Below, one piece after another: positions 1-8,844 of a stretch of DNA of 33,265 nucleotides (the stretch's first letter is position 1; each line of letters opens with the position of its first letter). The DNA is from a virus (taxonomy: Duplodnaviria; Caudoviricetes). The stretch lies in the IMG/VR virus record IMGVR_UViG_3300031519_000114, positions 1-33,265 of that record; one strand, given 5' to 3'. Made by a program: the position numbers and the translations under genes. Below the pieces are notes generated by a model. The model did no database searches, was not told where the DNA came from, and was given only the letters and a program-made list of their open reading frames with translations.

Positions 1-902
1 AAACTTTTTCTGCTGAACAACCAGACAGATTAAGAGGTCCACAATTTCATAGAGCATGGTGTGATGAGTTAGGAAGTTGGAAGAACGCAGAAGCATGGGA
101 TCAATTATTATTTGGATTAAGACTTGGAGAGAAGCCACAAGTAATAATAACAACAACACCCAAGCCAACAGATTTAATAAAAGAATTAGTACAGAATAAA
201 GATTCTCTTGTAACGAGAGGTAGCACCTTTGAGAATAAGGATAATCTTGCAGAGTCCGCAGTTAAAAAGTTAAAAGAAAAATATGAAGGAACTCGGCTGG
301 GCAGACAAGAATTATTCGCTGAAATTTTAGAAGATGTTGAGGGTGCTTTATGGAATCGTAATATGATTAGTAAGGCACTCATTAAATCAACAGATATAAT
401 ACCAAACTTTACAAGAACAGTAGTTGCTATTGATCCAGCAGTTACTAGCAATAAGCATTCAGATGAAACTGGAATAGTAGTTTGTGCTAAAGGTACTGAT
501 GAAAAATTTTATGTTATAGATGATGTGACTGGTAGATACACACCAGACCAATGGGCAAAGATGGCAGTTGAAACTTATTATAAATATGATGCAGATAAAA
601 TTATAGCCGAAGTAAATAATGGTGGAGATTTAGTTGAAAGAGTGATAAGGACTATTGACAACAATATAAGTTATGGAAGTGTCAGAGCAACTAAAGGTAA
701 GTATTTAAGAGCAGAACCAATATCAGCATTATACGAACAGAATAGAGTTAAACATTTAAAACCATTTCAATTTTTAGAGGATCAAATGGCAAATTATAAT
801 CCCACTACATTTTCTGGTTCGCCAGACAGATTAGATGCTTTGGTATGGGGAATAACAGAACTGTCGCAAAGAACAGGCAAAGTTAATTGGAGAATTAGTT
901 AA
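1..902 (+). CDS. terL: Terminase large subunit, 5'-truncated (Terminase_6/6C type)
   Basis: Frame is open from nt 3 (TFSAEQPDRLRGPQFHRAWCDE, Walker B; ITTTP motif III) and continues into the listed 363..902 ORF with RNase H-like nuclease motifs VVAIDPA, SDETG and SPDRLDA. Confidence 0.95.
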   Translation, partial: TFSAEQPDRLRGPQFHRAWCDELGSWKNAEAWDQLLFGLRLGEKPQVIITTTPKPTDLIKELVQNKDSLVTRGSTFENKDNLAESAVKKLKEKYEGTRLGRQELFAEILEDVEGALWNRNMISKALIKSTDIIPNFTRTVVAIDPAVTSNKHSDETGIVVCAKGTDEKFYVIDDVTGRYTPDQWAKMAVETYYKYDADKIIAEVNNGGDLVERVIRTIDNNISYGSVRATKGKYLRAEPISALYEQNRVKHLKPFQFLEDQMANYNPTTFSGSPDRLDALVWGITELSQRTGKVNWRIS

Positions 903-2632
903 TGGCAATATATGACAATATAAAAAATATTTTTAAAACAAAAGAACAACCAAAGGTGCAAAGAAAAGAAGCACCCATAGTTTATTATAATTCTTTAGGA
1001 TATGATTCAGCACCTAAAATTTCTTATCAAGATTTAGCAACTGATGGCTATTCTGAAAATGCTATTGTTTTTAGATGCGTAAATGAAATAGCAAACAATG
1101 CTTCAAGAGTTAAAATTAATTTATTTAGAGGTGATCAAGAAGTTGATAATCACCCTCTATTAGATTTATTATATAATCCTAGTCCAACTATGTCACAAGT
1201 TGAATGGTTTCAAGCATTGTATTCTTATTTATTGATTGCAGGAAATAATTATATTTTAAGTGTGGGAGGAGATAATTCTCCACCAACTGAACTTTATAAT
1301 TTAAGACCAGATAGAATTAAAATTAGAGCAGGTACAAGAGCAATGCCAGTAGCTTACGACTATATGTTAAAAGGACAAGTAGTTGAAAGTTATGATGTAG
1401 ATCAAGCAACAGGTAGTTCTAAAGTTAAACATATAAAACTTTTTAATCCTTTAGATGATTACTATGGAATGAGTCCTATGGGAGCATCTAGTGTTGATAT
1501 TGACCAACATAATTTAGCAAACAAACACAATGTAAATTTATTACAAAATGGAGCAAGACCAAGTGGTGCTGTTATCTTTAATCCTAAAGATGAAACAGGT
1601 GGTCATGTTCAATTATCAGATGTTCAAAGAAATCAGTTAATGAATGATGTGAACCAAAGATTTAGTGGAACTGGTAATGCTGGTAAGCCAATGTTATTAG
1701 AGGGAGATTTTGATTGGAAAGAAATGGGTCTATCTCCTAAAGACATGGACTTTATACAATTAAAAAATATGTCAGCTAAAGATATTGCTTTAGTTTATGG
1801 AGTACCAAGTCAGCTTATAGGTATTCCTGATTCACAAACTTATTCTAATTTTGCAGAAGCAAAACTTGCATTATATAATGAAACAATTATTCCTTTGCTT
1901 GACAGAATACAGGGCGATTTAAATGAATGGTTAGTGCCTATGTTTAATGAGCAAGGTTTAGAATTAAGATATGATATTGATTCTATTCCAGCTATGGCAG
2001 AACAAAGAAAAAGAGTTTTTGAATCTGTTAGTGCAGGTGTTAAAGAAGGTATCTTAACTCGTAATGAAGCAAGAGAACAATTAGGTTATGAAACAATGGA
2101 GGGTGCTGATAGTTTATTAGTACCAGCTAATTTAATGCCACTTAATCTTGCTGATGATATGACAGAAGATAATATCAGCGAAGAAATTGTACCAGAAGTT
2201 ATTCCAGATGATTTAATTGAAGATGAAGATGGAGATATTGATGAAGTTATAAAAGCTATAGCAGATATAAATACAACTCCTACTGACTCAATGGTTTCAG
2301 AAGCAAAAAAAGGTATTGCTTGGAAAAAAGAATTTAATAGAGGTGGTACTAGAATAGGTGCAGTTAGAGCAAGTCAAATTATTGCTAAAGAAAAATTATC
2401 TCCTAGTACAGTTAAAAGAATGTTTAGTTTTTTCAGCAGACACGAAAGTGATAAAGCAGCAGATGGATTTAGAGTAGGAGAAAAAGGTTATCCATCAAAT
2501 GGTAGAATAGCTTGGGCACTATGGGGTGGAGATGCAGGATTTAGTTGGAGTACAAAAGTTAGAAACCAATTAGAAAAAGAAAAAGAAAAATTTTTAATTG
2601 ACAATATAGATCAAAAAGATGCCAGCAATTAA
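902..2632 (+). CDS. HK97-family portal protein with acidic linker and extra C-terminal domain
   Basis: VFRCVNEIA, HPLLDLLYNPSP, YYGMSP, NGARPSG, DIALVYGVP and GILTRNEAR motifs; directly after terL. About 160 extra residues follow the usual portal end. Confidence 0.95.
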   Translation: MAIYDNIKNIFKTKEQPKVQRKEAPIVYYNSLGYDSAPKISYQDLATDGYSENAIVFRCVNEIANNASRVKINLFRGDQEVDNHPLLDLLYNPSPTMSQVEWFQALYSYLLIAGNNYILSVGGDNSPPTELYNLRPDRIKIRAGTRAMPVAYDYMLKGQVVESYDVDQATGSSKVKHIKLFNPLDDYYGMSPMGASSVDIDQHNLANKHNVNLLQNGARPSGAVIFNPKDETGGHVQLSDVQRNQLMNDVNQRFSGTGNAGKPMLLEGDFDWKEMGLSPKDMDFIQLKNMSAKDIALVYGVPSQLIGIPDSQTYSNFAEAKLALYNETIIPLLDRIQGDLNEWLVPMFNEQGLELRYDIDSIPAMAEQRKRVFESVSAGVKEGILTRNEAREQLGYETMEGADSLLVPANLMPLNLADDMTEDNISEEIVPEVIPDDLIEDEDGDIDEVIKAIADINTTPTDSMVSEAKKGIAWKKEFNRGGTRIGAVRASQIIAKEKLSPSTVKRMFSFFSRHESDKAADGFRVGEKGYPSNGRIAWALWGGDAGFSWSTKVRNQLEKEKEKFLIDNIDQKDASN

Positions 2633-2846
2633 GCAAACTAAATTATTTATAGAGAAGAAAAAAAATAAAGAAGAGTGCGAAGTGGTAGTAAGAATAGGAA
2701 AGTTTAAAACAAAAGTAGAAGCTGCACATTATGCTTCTTATATTACCATGACTAAAAGTATTGATTTTGATGCTGATAGTATATTAGATAATATTGCTGA
2801 ACTTGAAGAAAATTATTATGGAGTTGATAATAGAACATTACATTAG
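2619..2846 (+). CDS. Hypothetical protein (75 aa)
   Basis: ORF overlapping the portal stop in operon orientation; no recognisable motif. Confidence 0.6.
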   Translation: MPAIKQTKLFIEKKKNKEECEVVVRIGKFKTKVEAAHYASYITMTKSIDFDADSILDNIAELEENYYGVDNRTLH

Positions 2847-2967
2847 AATAATTCTAATTTCATTTCTATTTTCTATGAGTGGTTGTGTTTCAGTAGGGAA
2901 AATGGATTTTAACCCATCAGGAACTTTAATAAAATATATAATAAAAAATAATAAGGAGAATAAATAA
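2818..2967 (+). CDS. Small putative lipoprotein (49 aa, not in ORF track)
   Basis: Manual translation MELIIEHYIRIILISFLFSMSGCVSVGKMDFNPSG...; hydrophobic stretch ending in lipobox-like MSGC; fills the gap up to the next ATG at 2969. Confidence 0.55.
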   Translation: MELIIEHYIRIILISFLFSMSGCVSVGKMDFNPSGTLIKYIIKNNKENK

Positions 2968-2968
2968 A

Positions 2969-3256
2969 ATGTCAGGACAAATAAGAATAATAAATAATGC
3001 TTCACAAGCAGTAACAAATACAAGTATTTCAAGTAGTGCATTAGTAGTACCAACAGGATTAATAAGAATAGTAGCAACAGTTGATTCTTATATCAGTTTA
3101 ACAGCTTCTGCAGCAACAGTAGATAATACTGGAATAGTAATTGCAGCAGGAGGAGAGAATTTTTTTCTAGTTGATGATGGAAGTTTTGTAAATGGATTAA
3201 GAGTTGGTGGAACAAGTGGAAGAATAAGTATTACTTGTGTATCTCTAGGTAGATAA
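2969..3256 (+). CDS. Small beta-rich protein, possible head decoration/spike-type virion protein
   Basis: AAGGAG RBS; Ser/Thr/Gly/Val-rich beta-strand pattern; located in the head module. Function is inference. Confidence 0.55.
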   Translation: MSGQIRIINNASQAVTNTSISSSALVVPTGLIRIVATVDSYISLTASAATVDNTGIVIAAGGENFFLVDDGSFVNGLRVGGTSGRISITCVSLGR

Positions 3257-4026
3257 TGTTTTTTAATCGCAAACAATTAAAATTGTTTAAAGGTGTTAGA
3301 GAAAGAACTTGGTATCAACAAGAAAGATTAAGAACACCTTATAGACGACAATATTATAAAGTATTAAATAGATACTTTAAAGAGTTTGCAAACAAAGTTG
3401 AAATCGCATATCAAACAAGAAGTCAAATCATGTTAGATATGGAGTTAAGAAAACAAGCAGATAAATTAAAACTTATTTTAACTACACTTTATAGAACTGT
3501 AGGTTATGCTTTTAAAGATTATGCTTTAGGAAGATTTTTTTCTAAAGATTTTGATGATGACTTTGAAGAACAGTTGGCAGCTTTTGTAGCATTAAACACT
3601 GGTGTCTGGGTTGGTGAAATAGACGAAACAACTAGAAAAAGATTAGCCAAAGTAATTGATAACTCTTATGCTAATGGATTATCAGTAGATGAAACTGGAG
3701 TTGCTTTAAGAAATACAGTTATAGGTATGGGTGTGTATAGAGCAAACCTTATATCAAGAACAGAAGTTCATAGAGTTGCAGGTTTTGCAAATGAAACTGT
3801 TGCTGAAAATATGAAAATAAATGGCACAGTTAAAGAGTGGGTATCAATTCAAGATGAGAGAACTAGAATTACACATTCTTTTGCTGCAGGACAGAGAGTA
3901 GCTTTAGACCAACCTTTTATAGTTGGAGGGGAAAGACTAAAATATCCTGGAGATCCAATGGGTTCTGCTGGAGAAACAATTAACTGTAGGTGTGCCGCAA
4001 TATATATAACACCTGATTTTTTATAG
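3256..4026 (+). CDS. Head morphogenesis / minor head protein (Mu gpF, SPP1 gp7 family)
   Basis: RANLISRTEVH, KEWVSIQDERTRITH and YPGDP...ETINCRC motifs. Confidence 0.92.
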   Translation: MFFNRKQLKLFKGVRERTWYQQERLRTPYRRQYYKVLNRYFKEFANKVEIAYQTRSQIMLDMELRKQADKLKLILTTLYRTVGYAFKDYALGRFFSKDFDDDFEEQLAAFVALNTGVWVGEIDETTRKRLAKVIDNSYANGLSVDETGVALRNTVIGMGVYRANLISRTEVHRVAGFANETVAENMKINGTVKEWVSIQDERTRITHSFAAGQRVALDQPFIVGGERLKYPGDPMGSAGETINCRCAAIYITPDFL

Positions 4027-4035
4027 GAGATAAAA

Positions 4036-4143
4036 ATGAATATGATAATAGGAATAATAATTGGTATATGTTTATGCCAAGCAAACGATAGATTTAAGTT
4101 AATAAAAAAAGCAAAGGACTTTATTAAAAAGATTAGAAAATAA
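4036..4143 (+). CDS. Small membrane-anchored peptide (35 aa, not in ORF track)
   Basis: AGGAG RBS; MNMIIGIIIGICLCQANDRFKLIKKAKDFIKKIRK; its TAA overlaps the next ATG (TAATG). Confidence 0.6.
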   Translation: MNMIIGIIIGICLCQANDRFKLIKKAKDFIKKIRK

Positions 4144-5297
4144 TGCCATTGTTAAAACCAAAAGATAAAGAAACGAGAGAGGACTTCATGGGTAGATGTA
4201 TGTCAGATGATAAGACTACAAATGAATTTCCTACAACAGAGCAAAGATTAGCTGTATGTAATTCTCAATATAAAAATAAAACAAAGGAGAAATATTCAAT
4301 GAATGATATTGAAAAAATGGGCGAAGCTATAAAATCTTTGACAGATGTTATCTCGTCTAAAGCAAAAGAAGAAAGTATTAATATAACTTCAGAAAAAAAA
4401 GAAGAAGATTATTTTGATCGTGAAGATGCTGCAGAAGCAAGAGCAGGAGAAATAGGTTGTACAGGAACTCATAGAGTTGATGAAGATGGCAATGTATTTT
4501 ATATGCCTTGTGGTTCGCATGAAGAATATTTAGAAGCAGTAGGTAAGAGTTATAATGATGAAGAAGATAAATATCATAAACCTAAAAAGAAAAAGCCTAT
4601 GAAAAGTGTTTGTGTATGTCAAGATGATGGCATTTGCCAATGCGATACAGAATTAAAGAAATTAGTTTTTGAATCTGAAATTAAAGCTGAAAGCAGTAAA
4701 GGAATATTTACTGGTTATGGCTCTATATTTGGAAACGAAGATCAAGGTAATGACATTATGCAGAAAGGTGCATTTACTAAATCATTAGTGAATAGACCAG
4801 TAAGCAAAGTTAAAATGTTATACCAACATAAAACAGATGAGCCTATTGGAGTCTTTACAGATATGTACGAAGATTCAAAAGGATTATTTGTTAAAGGACA
4901 ATTAGCTATGGGTACTCAAAAAGGTCGTGAAGCATACGAACTTTTAAAGATGGGTGCGTTAGATGGTATGTCAATAGGATTTAGAGCAGATCCCGAAAAA
5001 CAAGGGTACAATGAAAATAAGAGAGGAGTAAGAACTCTTAAAGAAGTTGACCTTATGGAAATCAGTTTAGTAACTTTCCCAATGAATGAAAGTGCTTTAA
5101 TAGAAACTGTAAAAGGAAATGCTAAAAATATTCGAGAGTGGGAGAAAATCTTGCGTGAGGCAGGAGGTCTTTCTCGGACAGAGGCGAAGATTGGTGCGAA
5201 AGCATTATCGGAATCTTTATCACAGCGAGATGCTGGAGATGACAATAAACAATTAGCTGACTTAATAAATAAAGTTGCTAATATAATTAAACAATAA
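4143..5297 (+). CDS. HK97-family prohead protease (S78-like) with ~170-aa Cys/His-rich N-terminal extension
   Basis: FTGYGSIFGNEDQGNDI, MLYQH, GMSIGF and EISLVTFPMN motifs; immediately upstream of the capsid gene. Confidence 0.95.
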   Translation: MPLLKPKDKETREDFMGRCMSDDKTTNEFPTTEQRLAVCNSQYKNKTKEKYSMNDIEKMGEAIKSLTDVISSKAKEESINITSEKKEEDYFDREDAAEARAGEIGCTGTHRVDEDGNVFYMPCGSHEEYLEAVGKSYNDEEDKYHKPKKKKPMKSVCVCQDDGICQCDTELKKLVFESEIKAESSKGIFTGYGSIFGNEDQGNDIMQKGAFTKSLVNRPVSKVKMLYQHKTDEPIGVFTDMYEDSKGLFVKGQLAMGTQKGREAYELLKMGALDGMSIGFRADPEKQGYNENKRGVRTLKEVDLMEISLVTFPMNESALIETVKGNAKNIREWEKILREAGGLSRTEAKIGAKALSESLSQRDAGDDNKQLADLINKVANIIKQ

Positions 5298-5313
5298 AAC
5301 CAAAAGGACAATT

Positions 5314-6531
5314 ATGGACAACAATGAAGTAAAATCTGCTGTTGAAACTCTTGGAAAAACTTTTGAGTCTTTCAAAGAAGCAAACGACGAAAGACTTGCA
5401 CAAGTTGAAGCTAAAGGAACTGCTGATCCAGTAACAGAAGCGAAGTTATCTAAAATCGAAAAAGATATGGATAAATTTGCTGATATGGAAGTAAGCATGA
5501 AAGCACAAGCTGAAGCACAAAAGCAAGCCCAAGAATCAATGGCTAAATTAGAAACTATTATATCAAGACCAGGATTTGCAAATGATTCAAAATTAGAATC
5601 AAAGCATGTTCAAATTTTTGATAAATGGTTAAGAAAAGGTAAAGAAAACCTAACTCCAGATGAAGTTAAAGTATTAACTGTTGGAAACGATACAACAGCT
5701 GGTTACCTTGCTCCACCTGAATATGTAAGAGAACTAATTAAAGGAATAGTTGAATATTCTCCAATTAGATCAATTGCTAGAATCAGAAGCACATCTCAAA
5801 GAAGCATTCAAGTTCCTAAAAGAACTGGTGAGTTTACTGCTCAATGGGTTGCAGAAGAAGGTACAAGAAGCGAAACTACTGGATACACAGTTGGTTTAGA
5901 AGAAATCGCAGCACACGAAATGTATGCTTTGGTTGATATTTCTGAACAAGAACTTGAAGATTCAGTTTTCAATCTTGAAGCAGAAATGAACTCTGAATTT
6001 ACAGAGCAATTTGCAAAAGCAGAAGGTACAGCATTTGTATCAGGAAACTCTGTTGGAAAACCAGAAGGTATTCTTACAGGTTTACCAGCAGGTAGATCAC
6101 AAACATCAATTACTAATGACGTTCTTGGTGCAAATGATTTAGTTAATGCAGCACACAATGTTAAAGCAGAATATGCTAGAAATGGTTCTTGGATTATGTC
6201 TAGATCAACTCTTGCTACTGTTAGAAAAATGCAAGATACAGCAGGACAATATATTTTCCAACCAGGTGTATATGCTATGGGTGTTGGTTCTAATATTTTA
6301 GGACACCCTATTGTTGAGTGTACTGATATGCCATCAGTTGCAAATGGAACTGTTCCAGTTGTATTTGGTGATTTTAGAAGAGGATATATGATTGTTGATA
6401 GAACTGTTCTATCTATCATGAGAGATCCTTTTACTCAAGCTGCATCAGGTAACGTAAGATACATCGCTAGAAGAAGAGTGGGTGGTCAAGTTATCCTTGA
6501 TGAGGCTTTAACTAAAATTACTATTCAGTAA
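5314..6531 (+). CDS. Major capsid protein, HK97 fold, with N-terminal coiled-coil delta (scaffold) domain
   Basis: Helical first ~119 aa, then AGYLAPPE, WVAEEG, AFVSGNSVGKPEG, FGDFRRGYMIVDR, RDPFT and RRVGG. Confidence 0.97.
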   Translation: MDNNEVKSAVETLGKTFESFKEANDERLAQVEAKGTADPVTEAKLSKIEKDMDKFADMEVSMKAQAEAQKQAQESMAKLETIISRPGFANDSKLESKHVQIFDKWLRKGKENLTPDEVKVLTVGNDTTAGYLAPPEYVRELIKGIVEYSPIRSIARIRSTSQRSIQVPKRTGEFTAQWVAEEGTRSETTGYTVGLEEIAAHEMYALVDISEQELEDSVFNLEAEMNSEFTEQFAKAEGTAFVSGNSVGKPEGILTGLPAGRSQTSITNDVLGANDLVNAAHNVKAEYARNGSWIMSRSTLATVRKMQDTAGQYIFQPGVYAMGVGSNILGHPIVECTDMPSVANGTVPVVFGDFRRGYMIVDRTVLSIMRDPFTQAASGNVRYIARRRVGGQVILDEALTKITIQ

Positions 6532-6561
6532 TTAATATTAATAATAAAAGGAGAATAAAAA

Positions 6562-7008
6562 ATGTTTGATTTAAAAAACAACATTGAACTTGTTGAGTGC
6601 CTTAATGCTATCGTAAAAGCTGCAGATACAGATGCAACTGCTATTGATACACAAGGCTTTAATAGTTCAATGGCAATAGTAAATGTAGGTGCACCTGGAG
6701 TAACTTTCAGTACAACTCATAAAGTTGATATTAAGCTAGAAGATAGTTCTGATAACTCAACTTTTACTGCAGTAACAGATAATAATTATGTTACAGGTGG
6801 AACTGTAGGTTCTACTGGTATATGGCAAACTATTGATGCTGATGGCGATTGTAATGCTGTCTATGGTATCGGTTATGTTGGTCCAGAAAGATACTACAGA
6901 GTTGTACTTGATTTTTCAGGAACTCATGGAACTGGTACTGTCTTTGGTGTTGTGGGTGCTCAAAGCAATCCACTTCATGCTCCAACTACAGAAGCTGCTA
7001 ATCTATAA
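6562..7008 (+). CDS. Probable head-associated structural protein (148 aa)
   Basis: Strong AAGGAG RBS directly after the capsid gene; beta-rich with IDTQGF and KLEDSSDNSTFTAV pattern typical of post-capsid genes. Confidence 0.6.
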   Translation: MFDLKNNIELVECLNAIVKAADTDATAIDTQGFNSSMAIVNVGAPGVTFSTTHKVDIKLEDSSDNSTFTAVTDNNYVTGGTVGSTGIWQTIDADGDCNAVYGIGYVGPERYYRVVLDFSGTHGTGTVFGVVGAQSNPLHAPTTEAANL

Positions 7009-7049
7009 TTTAATTTATAGATAATAAAATTATCTTAGGATAATAATTT

Positions 7050-7085
7050 TTGGGGGGAGGAAAGCGAGAGTAGAACTTCCCCCAA
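7050..7085 (+). promoter_or_regulatory. Intergenic stem-loop with purine-rich loop containing GC-GAGA-GT
   Basis: TTGGGGGGAG (7050-7059) pairs with CTTCCCCCAA (7076-7085), 10 bp including one G-U; loop GAAAGCGAGAGTAGAA; no downstream U-tract. Confidence 0.7.
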
Positions 7086-7112
7086 CTATTCAAAATTTAC
7101 AAAGGAGAAAAT

Positions 7113-7367
7113 ATGAAAATAAAGATGAAAGAAAACAAAGTAGCAAGTGCTAATGAAAATGGTTCAACAACTATGACTTATGCAAAAGATAGTGTGCATG
7201 ATATGAGTAGTGTCTGGCAAATGAAATTAGCTACAAGCCTTATCAATAATGGTAAAGCTGAATCAGTAGCAAAAGAAACAACTAAAAAAGTTGTAACTGA
7301 AATGGAAACTAAAGTTGAGAAAAAAGAAAAAAGCCTACTTAAAAAAGTATTTGGTAAAAAAAAATAA
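7113..7367 (+). CDS. Hypothetical protein (84 aa), basic C-terminus
   Basis: AAGGAG RBS; small ORF at the usual position between capsid and connector genes. Confidence 0.75.
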   Translation: MKIKMKENKVASANENGSTTMTYAKDSVHDMSSVWQMKLATSLINNGKAESVAKETTKKVVTEMETKVEKKEKSLLKKVFGKKK

Positions 7368-7377
7368 GGATTAAATA

Positions 7378-8043
7378 ATGAGTGGATTAAAAATAGATAC
7401 AGCTTGGGCAACAAATGTAGTTAGCATTGCTGACTTTAAATTGTTTGCAAGAATTGATAGTTCTGATACATCAGAAAACGCACTCATTGAATCTCTTGTA
7501 TTTTTAGCACAAGACATGGCAGAAGCCTATACAGGTAGAGCAATAACACAACAAGATTTAAGTTTGTTCTTGGATAGATTACCTTTCTATTCAGATCAAA
7601 GATTACCAGAGGGTGTATTTACTGCACCTGACTTACAAGCTAATCAAAATTATATAGTATTACCTAAACCTAATTTGGTTTCAGTAACTTCTGTAAAATA
7701 TTATGATAATGACAATACAGCATCAACATTTGCTACAAGTAATTATTATGTAGATACAACAAGTGAACAAGGTAGAGTAGTTTTAAAAAATGGATCAAGT
7801 TGGCCGACTGCTTCTGAATTAAGAAATGCTAATGCTTACGAAATAAAATTTAGAGCAGGATATGGTAATGCAGCAAGTGATGTACCAAAGCCTTTAGTAC
7901 AAGCAATTAAAATGTTAGCTTTACATCTTTATGAAAATAGAGAAATAGCTACAAGTATGAATGTTAATCTTATACCTAATACAGTAGCAATGTTATTTGC
8001 ACCATATAAAGTTTTAAGATTGAATAACTTTTTAGGAATATAA
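7378..8043 (+). CDS. Head-tail connector / adaptor (HK97 gp6 / phiE125 gp8-like)
   Basis: AEAYTGRAITQQ, FRAGYG...DVPKPLVQAIKMLALHLYENRE, LFAPYK. Confidence 0.92.
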   Translation: MSGLKIDTAWATNVVSIADFKLFARIDSSDTSENALIESLVFLAQDMAEAYTGRAITQQDLSLFLDRLPFYSDQRLPEGVFTAPDLQANQNYIVLPKPNLVSVTSVKYYDNDNTASTFATSNYYVDTTSEQGRVVLKNGSSWPTASELRNANAYEIKFRAGYGNAASDVPKPLVQAIKMLALHLYENREIATSMNVNLIPNTVAMLFAPYKVLRLNNFLGI

Positions 8044-8044
8044 T

Positions 8045-8395
8045 ATGTCAGTATCTAGAGTAGGTAAAACTAAAAATTTAATTACTTTACAGACTGCTGA
8101 TTTAAGTACAGATAGTATGGGTGGTTATACTACTGCTAGAAGCACTTATGTTACAGCTTATGCAAAGATGACACCAAAGGGTGGTAAAGAAATATTTTCT
8201 GATAAGACAGGGCGACAGATAGAAAACCCACACACATATGAGTTTCTTATAAGATATAATGGTACTAAAAATGCTATTAATACAAAGATGAGAATATTAT
8301 TTGGAACTAGAACTTTTAATATAATAAAGATTAATGATCAGAATGATGATAATAATTATATTACTTTAGAAGCTATTGAAGATGTGGCGAACTAA
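8045..8395 (+). CDS. Head closure / head-tail joining protein (SPP1 gp16-like)
   Basis: DSMGGY, THTYEFLIRY-like segment and MRILFGTRTFNI pattern; position after the connector. Confidence 0.88.
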   Translation: MSVSRVGKTKNLITLQTADLSTDSMGGYTTARSTYVTAYAKMTPKGGKEIFSDKTGRQIENPHTYEFLIRYNGTKNAINTKMRILFGTRTFNIIKINDQNDDNNYITLEAIEDVAN

Positions 8396-8844
8396 TGGAT
8401 ATTAAATTTAAAGTTTCTAATTTAAAAAAAGTTTTATCTCAATTAGATAAACTAGAAAAAGATATGGAAATACCTTTTCAAGAAATAGTAAAAGGTGGTG
8501 GACAATTAATTAGAGCAGAAGCAATTAAAAGTATTCAGACAGGTGCAAAGTCAGGAGTTATGTATCAAATGTATAATCCTCGTAGAGAGCATAGAGCATC
8601 TGCACCAGGTCAAGCACCAGCAAGTGATACAGGAAATTTAGTTAATAAAATAGTTGTTAGACAAAAAGGTGCTAATGTTACTAATGTAGAAAGTAATGCA
8701 AATTATTCAGCTTATTTAGAATATGGTACAAGTAAAATGGAAGCAAGACCATTTATGTTACCAGCTTTTGAAAAAAGTAAAAAACCAATTATCAATGCAG
8801 TTCTTAATAGAGTTAAAAGTAAAATTGAGGAATATACAAAATGA
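8395..8844 (+). CDS. HK97 gp10-like tail completion protein
   Basis: SAPGQAPASDTGNL and YSAYLEYGTSKMEARPFMLPA motifs. Confidence 0.92.
   Translation: MDIKFKVSNLKKVLSQLDKLEKDMEIPFQEIVKGGGQLIRAEAIKSIQTGAKSGVMYQMYNPRREHRASAPGQAPASDTGNLVNKIVVRQKGANVTNVESNANYSAYLEYGTSKMEARPFMLPAFEKSKKPIINAVLNRVKSKIEEYTK

Noticed and set aside
101-451. Minus-strand 116-aa ORF
   Set aside because: Antisense shadow of the terminase gene, whose frame is open from the window start.
4916-6419. Minus-strand ORFs 4916..5311, 5262..5498 and 5841..6419
   Set aside because: Antisense to the well-supported protease and capsid genes; no RBS or motifs.
7050-7085. Rho-independent terminator call for the post-capsid hairpin
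   Set aside because: No U-tract follows on either strand and the loop is 16 nt; kept as a structured element instead.
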